Source: an uncultured delta proteobacterium (GTDB taxonomy: Bacteria; Myxococcota; Myxococcia; Myxococcales; Myxococcaceae). From it: DNA of 64,000 nt. The stretch covers positions 96,001 through 160,000 of the forward strand of contig CAWCKH010000006.1 in the NCBI GenBank assembly GCA_963796055.1. Reading direction: 5' to 3'. The notes under the pieces are model-generated. The model made no database searches. It saw only the letters and a program-made list of their open reading frames with translations, and was not told the origin of the DNA. A program made the translations under genes and the position numbers. Shown here one piece after another: positions 59,395 through 64,000 of the stretch; within the stretch, counting starts at the first letter, position 1, and the number at the start of each line of letters is the position of its first letter.

Positions 59395-60339
59395 TCAGCT
59401 CCATCCGCGCGCCCCTCGCCCAGCCCGGCTGCGCCGCGGCCCGAAGCGGTCCTCGGCCGGGCGCGCCGCTCCGCTGGACTCGGCCTCTAGCCGCGTCCGG
59501 GCGAGGGCGAGCCAGGTGGGGTCCTGGTCCATGCCGAGGAAGCGCCTGCCCAGCCGGAGAGCGGCGACGCCCGTCGTCCCGCTTCCACAGAACGGATCGA
59601 GCACCAGCCCTCCCTCGGGCGCCGTGGCCTCGATGATGCGCCGGAGCAGCGCCACCGGCTTCTGGGTCGGGTGCTTGCCGTGCGCCTTCTCGTCGGGACG
59701 GGGGCTGGTCAGCGTCCAGATGCGCCCCTGCCCGTCCGCGTCGACCTCCTCGTCGCCTGGCCGGGGCAGGGCCCACACGTCGCGCATCTGCTTGCCGCCG
59801 TTCTCGGCCTTCATCCGCGGATAGTCGAAGAGGTGCTGCAGGCGTCCTGGCCGCCGCGGCGCGGCCCACACCAGGATCTCCGAGCTGTGGGTGAAGTACC
59901 GGCAGGACAGGTTCGGGCTGGCGTTCGGCTTGTACCAGGTGACCGTGTTGAGCAGCCGCCACCCGAGCGTCTGCAGCGCGAACCCGGCGGAGAAGATCAC
60001 GTGCTGCGTGCCGGAGATCCACAGCGAGCCGCTGGGCTTCAGCACCCGGCCGCAGGCCTCGATCCACGCCCGGGTGAAGCGGTGGTCCTCCTCGAGGCCA
60101 CGCGAGGCGTCCCAGGCGCCCTTCCCCACCGGCGCCCGCCGCCCCGACTGGCAGGTGAAGCCCCCGTTGCTCAGGAAGTACGGCGGATCGGCGAAGACGA
60201 GGTCCACGCTCGCCTCGGGCAACGCTGCGAGCCGCTCCAGACAGTCGCCCGCCTGCAGTGCCCACCCCGGACCCGCGGCCCAGGGGGAAAGCTCGGGGAA
60301 CGGGGCGTCTGGAGCGAGGAGACGGGCGGCGTTGGCCAT
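59395..60339 (-). CDS. Orphan beta-class DNA amino-methyltransferase (DpnA/M2.DpnII-like)
   Basis: FADPPYFLSNGG, PNLSCRYFTHS, GKQMRDVW, HPTQKP, LDPFCGSGTTG. Confidence 0.88.
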   Translation of the reverse strand: MANAARLLAPDAPFPELSPWAAGPGWALQAGDCLERLAALPEASVDLVFADPPYFLSNGGFTCQSGRRAPVGKGAWDASRGLEEDHRFTRAWIEACGRVLKPSGSLWISGTQHVIFSAGFALQTLGWRLLNTVTWYKPNASPNLSCRYFTHSSEILVWAAPRRPGRLQHLFDYPRMKAENGGKQMRDVWALPRPGDEEVDADGQGRIWTLTSPRPDEKAHGKHPTQKPVALLRRIIEATAPEGGLVLDPFCGSGTTGVAALRLGRRFLGMDQDPTWLALARTRLEAESSGAARPAEDRFGPRRSRAGRGARGWS

Positions 60340-60428
60340 GCCCGGACCAAGCTACAGGAGCGATCGAGCACAGCCAGTTCCGGGCGAGTGCTACAGACCT
60401 GAACGCGGCCGCGAAACGCGAGTCTGCC

Positions 60429-61448
60429 TCAGGCCGCGAGCGCGCCCGAGAAATCTGGGTACACCTGCACGCCGTCCGCCGCCCGCGGCCGCCCCTCTTC
60501 TCTGGCCAGCGCCCGGTCGAGCGCGAGGAGGGCGATCTCCAGCTGGTCGTCCGTGGGCTCCACCGTGGTGATGCGCTGGAGCCACAGCCCCGGGCTCACC
60601 AGCGCCTTCAGCAGCGGCGGGCAGTCCGCGCGGGCCGACCGCTTCTGCAGCTCGTAGGCGATCCCCGCCACGGGGAACGCAAGCGCGATCTTCAGCAGGA
60701 GCACGAAGAGGGTCTGCACCGCGCCCACGCTGGAGACGGTGGGGACGAACGGGAGCACCAGGATGTGCAGCAACACCGCCACCCCCACCACGACGAAGAG
60801 GAAGCTCGTGCCGCACCGCGGATGCTGCGTGGTGAACCCGCGCGCGTTCTCCACGGTGAGCGGGAGCTTCGACTCGTAGGTCCAGATCGCCTTGTGCTCC
60901 GCCCCGTGGTACTGGAACAGCCGCTGCGCATCCTTCGTCCGCGCCACCAGCGCCAGCCACCCGACGAGGATCGCGATCCGGAACACCCCGTCCACCACGT
61001 GGAACAGGAGCCCCTTCAGGGTCGGATCACGCCCGAAAAGCTTGAACAGGCCCAGGGTGAGCAGATGGGGCGTGGCGATGAACAGCCCCACCATGAACAG
61101 GAAGGACACGCCGAGGAGCAGGCCGCGGGCCAGCCGCCCCGAGGACTCGGATTGCGGTGTGACACCGGGAGCGGGCGAGTCGCCGGGGGCCGCCGCTTCG
61201 AGCTCGGCCTGCTCCGCGCTGAAGGCCAGGGCGGTGAAGCCGTTCCACACCGACTCGATGAGCACCACTGCCCCGCGGAGAAACGGCTTTCTGAGCGCCT
61301 TCGCCCGCGGCCAGAGCGTCTCCCACGCCTCCTCCCGGACGGCGATCTGCCCATCCGGACGGCGAACGGCGACCACCAGGCTTCCCGGGGAACGCATCAT
61401 CACGCCCTCCAGAACCGCCTGCCCACCGATGTAGGGACGCTCGCTCAA
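60429..61448 (-). CDS. DUF1385 membrane protein
   Basis: IGGQAVLEGVMMR, FQYHGAEHK, HPRCGTSF, LQRITTVEP. Confidence 0.9.
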   Translation of the reverse strand: MSERPYIGGQAVLEGVMMRSPGSLVVAVRRPDGQIAVREEAWETLWPRAKALRKPFLRGAVVLIESVWNGFTALAFSAEQAELEAAAPGDSPAPGVTPQSESSGRLARGLLLGVSFLFMVGLFIATPHLLTLGLFKLFGRDPTLKGLLFHVVDGVFRIAILVGWLALVARTKDAQRLFQYHGAEHKAIWTYESKLPLTVENARGFTTQHPRCGTSFLFVVVGVAVLLHILVLPFVPTVSSVGAVQTLFVLLLKIALAFPVAGIAYELQKRSARADCPPLLKALVSPGLWLQRITTVEPTDDQLEIALLALDRALAREEGRPRAADGVQVYPDFSGALAA

Positions 61449-61464
61449 GCCCGGGCGACCTGCT

Positions 61465-61725
61465 TCAGGCCTTGGCCTTCGGCGCCTTCTTGCTGCTGCT
61501 CGGCGCCGCCGGAGCAGGCGTTCCGGGCTTGGCCTCGTACTTCTTGCGGAACCGCTCGACGCGACCCTCGGTGTCCACCAGCTTGTACTTGCCGGTGAAG
61601 AAGGGGTGGCAGGCCGAGCAGATCTCGACGTGGAACGAACCCCGGGTGCTGCGGGTCTCGATGGTGTTACCGCAGGCACAGGTGATGCGGGCGGGGGGGT
61701 AGACCGGGTGAAGGTCGGGCTTCAT
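61465..61725 (-). CDS. rpmE: 50S ribosomal protein L31 (zinc-binding type)
   Basis: MKPDLHPVY...CACGN...[10 protein letters not shown]...DTEGRVERF. Confidence 0.96.
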   Translation of the reverse strand: MKPDLHPVYPPARITCACGNTIETRSTRGSFHVEICSACHPFFTGKYKLVDTEGRVERFRKKYEAKPGTPAPAAPSSSKKAPKAKA

Positions 61726-61845
61726 GGTGCGAACTGGCTCCAGTGTGTCGGACCACCTTGCCCCGGGAGACGGTATGTCCCCGGAGGACCGGCGGGCGAA
61801 GCAGGCTCCTCTAACAGCGAGGGGCGCCCGCCTCAAGGCCCCGCC

Positions 61846-62631
61846 CTACTTCTTCCCCTTGGACGGCGCCGATTTCTTCAGCGCGGACAGGCCCTTCTGC
61901 GCCATCTTGGCCTCGGCCGACTTGGGGTAGTCCTTCACCACCTGCTCGTAGGCCAGCCGCGCGGCCTCGGGGTTCTTCAGCCGGGCGAAGCAGTCCCCGC
62001 TCCGGACGTAGGCCAGCGGGACGGACCTGGACTTGCCGAAGTTCTTGATCAGCTGTCCGTACTCCGGGAGCGCCTCCGGGCAGTTGTCCTGGCCGTAGTA
62101 CGACTCGGCGAGGGCGAAGTGCGCGTCCCCGGCCAGGTCGTCCTTGGGCCACTTGCGGATGAAGTCCACGTAGAGCGCCCGGGCCGCCGGGAGGTCGCCC
62201 GCCTTCGCCTTGCTCTGGGCCAGGGCGAAGAACTCCTTCTTGTCCGTGGGCCGGGGAATGTCCTCCGCCGGCTTCCGGTCCACCGCGGCGGCCCTGTCCT
62301 GGAGCGTATCCAGCGAGTGGGTGTAGGCCTCCACCTGTCCGCGCAGCTGCGCCAGGTCCTCGACGACCTTCTGCAGCTGCACGCTGGTGTCGGCCCCGCT
62401 TCGCCGCGAGGCCTGGTCCAGCGAGTCCAGCGCCTTGGTCACCTCGGCGATCTTCTGGTCGATGCGCGGCAGCTGCTGGTCGAGCTTCTCCGCCTGGGCC
62501 TTCTGCTCGGCCCGCAGGTCCTTGTCCAGCTTGTCCACCCGCGTCTCGAGGTTCTTGCCAGCCTCGGACGAGTAGAAGCAGGCCCCCAGGGCCAGAGCCC
62601 CGAGCGACAGCGCAGCGCGTGCCACCCGCAT
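61846..62631 (-). CDS. cpoB: Tol-Pal associated TPR lipoprotein CpoB/YbgF
   Basis: LGAC lipobox, coiled coil, three TPR-like repeats (…YPKSAEA); directly downstream of the pal-like gene. Confidence 0.8.
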   Translation of the reverse strand: MRVARAALSLGALALGACFYSSEAGKNLETRVDKLDKDLRAEQKAQAEKLDQQLPRIDQKIAEVTKALDSLDQASRRSGADTSVQLQKVVEDLAQLRGQVEAYTHSLDTLQDRAAAVDRKPAEDIPRPTDKKEFFALAQSKAKAGDLPAARALYVDFIRKWPKDDLAGDAHFALAESYYGQDNCPEALPEYGQLIKNFGKSRSVPLAYVRSGDCFARLKNPEAARLAYEQVVKDYPKSAEAKMAQKGLSALKKSAPSKGKK

Positions 62632-63378
62632 CTAGTGGCGGAACTCCACCCGGCGGTTCTTGGCCCACGCTTCCTCGTTGTGCCCGTCGACGGCCGGTCG
62701 GTTCTCGCCGTAGCCGACGGTGTCCAGCCTGGACGGGGGCACCCCGAGGTCCACCAGGTACTTCTTGACGCTCGCCGCGCGCCGGTTGGAGAGGTGGAGG
62801 TTGTACTCCTCGGTGCCGCGCTCGTCGGCATTGCCCTCCAGGGTGAGCTTCTTCGAGGTGCCCTTCTTGATGCAGTCCGACAGCTCGTTGAGCTGGTTAC
62901 GGGCAGCGTCGGTCAGCGCGCTCTCGTTGAAGCCGAAGTAGATCGGCGTCCAGTTGCACGTGTCGGCCGTGCCCTTGGCGCAGACGCCGGCCTGGCAGGT
63001 CTCACCCGTGCCGCAGTCGTCGTTGGTCGCGCAGGTGTTGGGAACGCACTGGTTGTTCTTGCACCGGGCGCCGGGGCCGCAGTCGGGGTCCGCGGTGCAA
63101 GCCTTGGGGGTGCACTTGCCGGAGGCACAGGTGGAGCCCGCAGGGCAGTTCTGGTCGGTGGTGCACTCCGGCTTGGGGGCGCATCTGTTGCCCTGACAGA
63201 CGAACCCGGCCTTGCAGTTCGCGTCGGTGGCGCACTCCTGGCATTGCCCGTTGACGCAGACCTCGTTGTGCGACTTGCACTGCTCGTCCGAGTCGCACTT
63301 TGGATACGTGGGAGGACATCCGGTGAAAACCGCCAGACCCAGGACTCCCAGCGCCAGCACACCGAAACGAGGCGACAT
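62632..63378 (-). CDS. Pal/OmpA-family peptidoglycan-binding lipoprotein with Cys-rich repeats
   Basis: FTGC lipobox, five CxTDxxC-type repeats, IYFGFN, GNADERGTEEYNLHLSNRRA, NRRVEF. Confidence 0.88.
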   Translation of the reverse strand: MSPRFGVLALGVLGLAVFTGCPPTYPKCDSDEQCKSHNEVCVNGQCQECATDANCKAGFVCQGNRCAPKPECTTDQNCPAGSTCASGKCTPKACTADPDCGPGARCKNNQCVPNTCATNDDCGTGETCQAGVCAKGTADTCNWTPIYFGFNESALTDAARNQLNELSDCIKKGTSKKLTLEGNADERGTEEYNLHLSNRRAASVKKYLVDLGVPPSRLDTVGYGENRPAVDGHNEEAWAKNRRVEFRH

Positions 63379-63534
63379 GCGCACTCCTCCGTGGGTGGCC
63401 GCCAGCCCTGGGCAGCCCGTTCCCTGTCGCCCGCTGTACCGTCATGCTGTGATGGCAGTCAAAAGAAATTCGAGGCATGCGCGGCTGCCCAGCCACGGCG
63501 TCGTGGCGGGCGGACCGCGACCGGGAGTGTGGTG

Positions 63535-64000
63535 ATGCCCCACAGCATCCTCCTCGTCGACGACGAGAAGAACATCCTCCTCACCCTGAGCCAGGCGCTG
63601 CAGCTGGCCGGCTACCACACCGAGCTCGCCGGCACGGGCAAGCTCGGGCTGGAGGTGGCCCTCGCCCGCCCCGTGGACGCCGTGCTGCTCGACGTCCAGC
63701 TGCCCGACCTGGACGGCCTCAGCGTGCTGGAGCAGCTGCTCCAGGCCCGGCCCGGACTCCCCGTCCTGATGATGTCCGGTCACGGGACCATCGAGACCGC
63801 GGTCCGGGCCACCCGGCTGGGGGCCCGCGACTTCCTGGAGAAGCCCATCGGGCGGGACCGGCTGCTGGTGGCCGTGCGCAACGCGCTCGAGCACCGGGCG
63901 GCGGTGGAGGAGCTCGAGTCGCTCCGGGCCGAAACCGGCAGGTACGAGATGGTGGGACAGGGTCCGGCGATGCAACGGCTCTACCATCTGGTCCAGCGCG
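63535..64000 (+). CDS. Sigma54-dependent response regulator (NtrC family), partial
   Basis: Read manually: MPHSILLVDDEKNI...LLDVQLP...MMSGHGTIETAV...FLEKP...MVGQGPAMQRL; runs off the window. Confidence 0.85.
   Translation, partial: MPHSILLVDDEKNILLTLSQALQLAGYHTELAGTGKLGLEVALARPVDAVLLDVQLPDLDGLSVLEQLLQARPGLPVLMMSGHGTIETAVRATRLGARDFLEKPIGRDRLLVAVRNALEHRAAVEELESLRAETGRYEMVGQGPAMQRLYHLVQR

Noticed and set aside
55755..60339. Methyl-directed mismatch repair or restriction-modification system (MutS-like gene plus MTase)
   Set aside because: The MutS homolog is the membrane-associated domain-V-only type; no MutL, MutH or endonuclease is present; the genes are on opposite strands and separated by a peptidase

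Overview
Very GC-rich chromosomal window from a myxobacterium (Myxococcaceae/Cystobacterineae-like), identified mainly by a clear mrpA-mrpB-mrpC developmental locus. Core content: a mevalonate operon (fni, mvaA, mvk, mvaD, partial pmk), a coiled-coil/dapF/degenerate-GGDEF/REC-DUF4388 operon, hpt, spoVG, prs, rplY, pth, rpsF-rpsR-rplI, dnaB, thiD/thiE, clpB, truA, a likely Pkn14-type kinase, a MutS-domain protein, an M1 peptidase, an orphan DpnA-like DNA methyltransferase, rpmE, cpoB and a Cys-rich Pal-like lipoprotein. Small accessory patches: mddA-like/esterase/decayed regulator, an Omp85/beta-barrel/lipoprotein trio, DUF3141-fabI, and a pseudokinase-kinase insert. The most striking unexplained structure is a non-coding array of ten 83-bp units (5618-6444) filling the gap between two convergent stop codons. 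Related single copies at about 9951-10032 and 19010-19033 also start immediately after a stop codon between convergent genes, which suggests an undescribed REP/BIME-like repeat family. Several apparent single-base frameshifts may be assembly errors. All calls rest on motif recognition by eye and recalled family knowledge; no searches were run.
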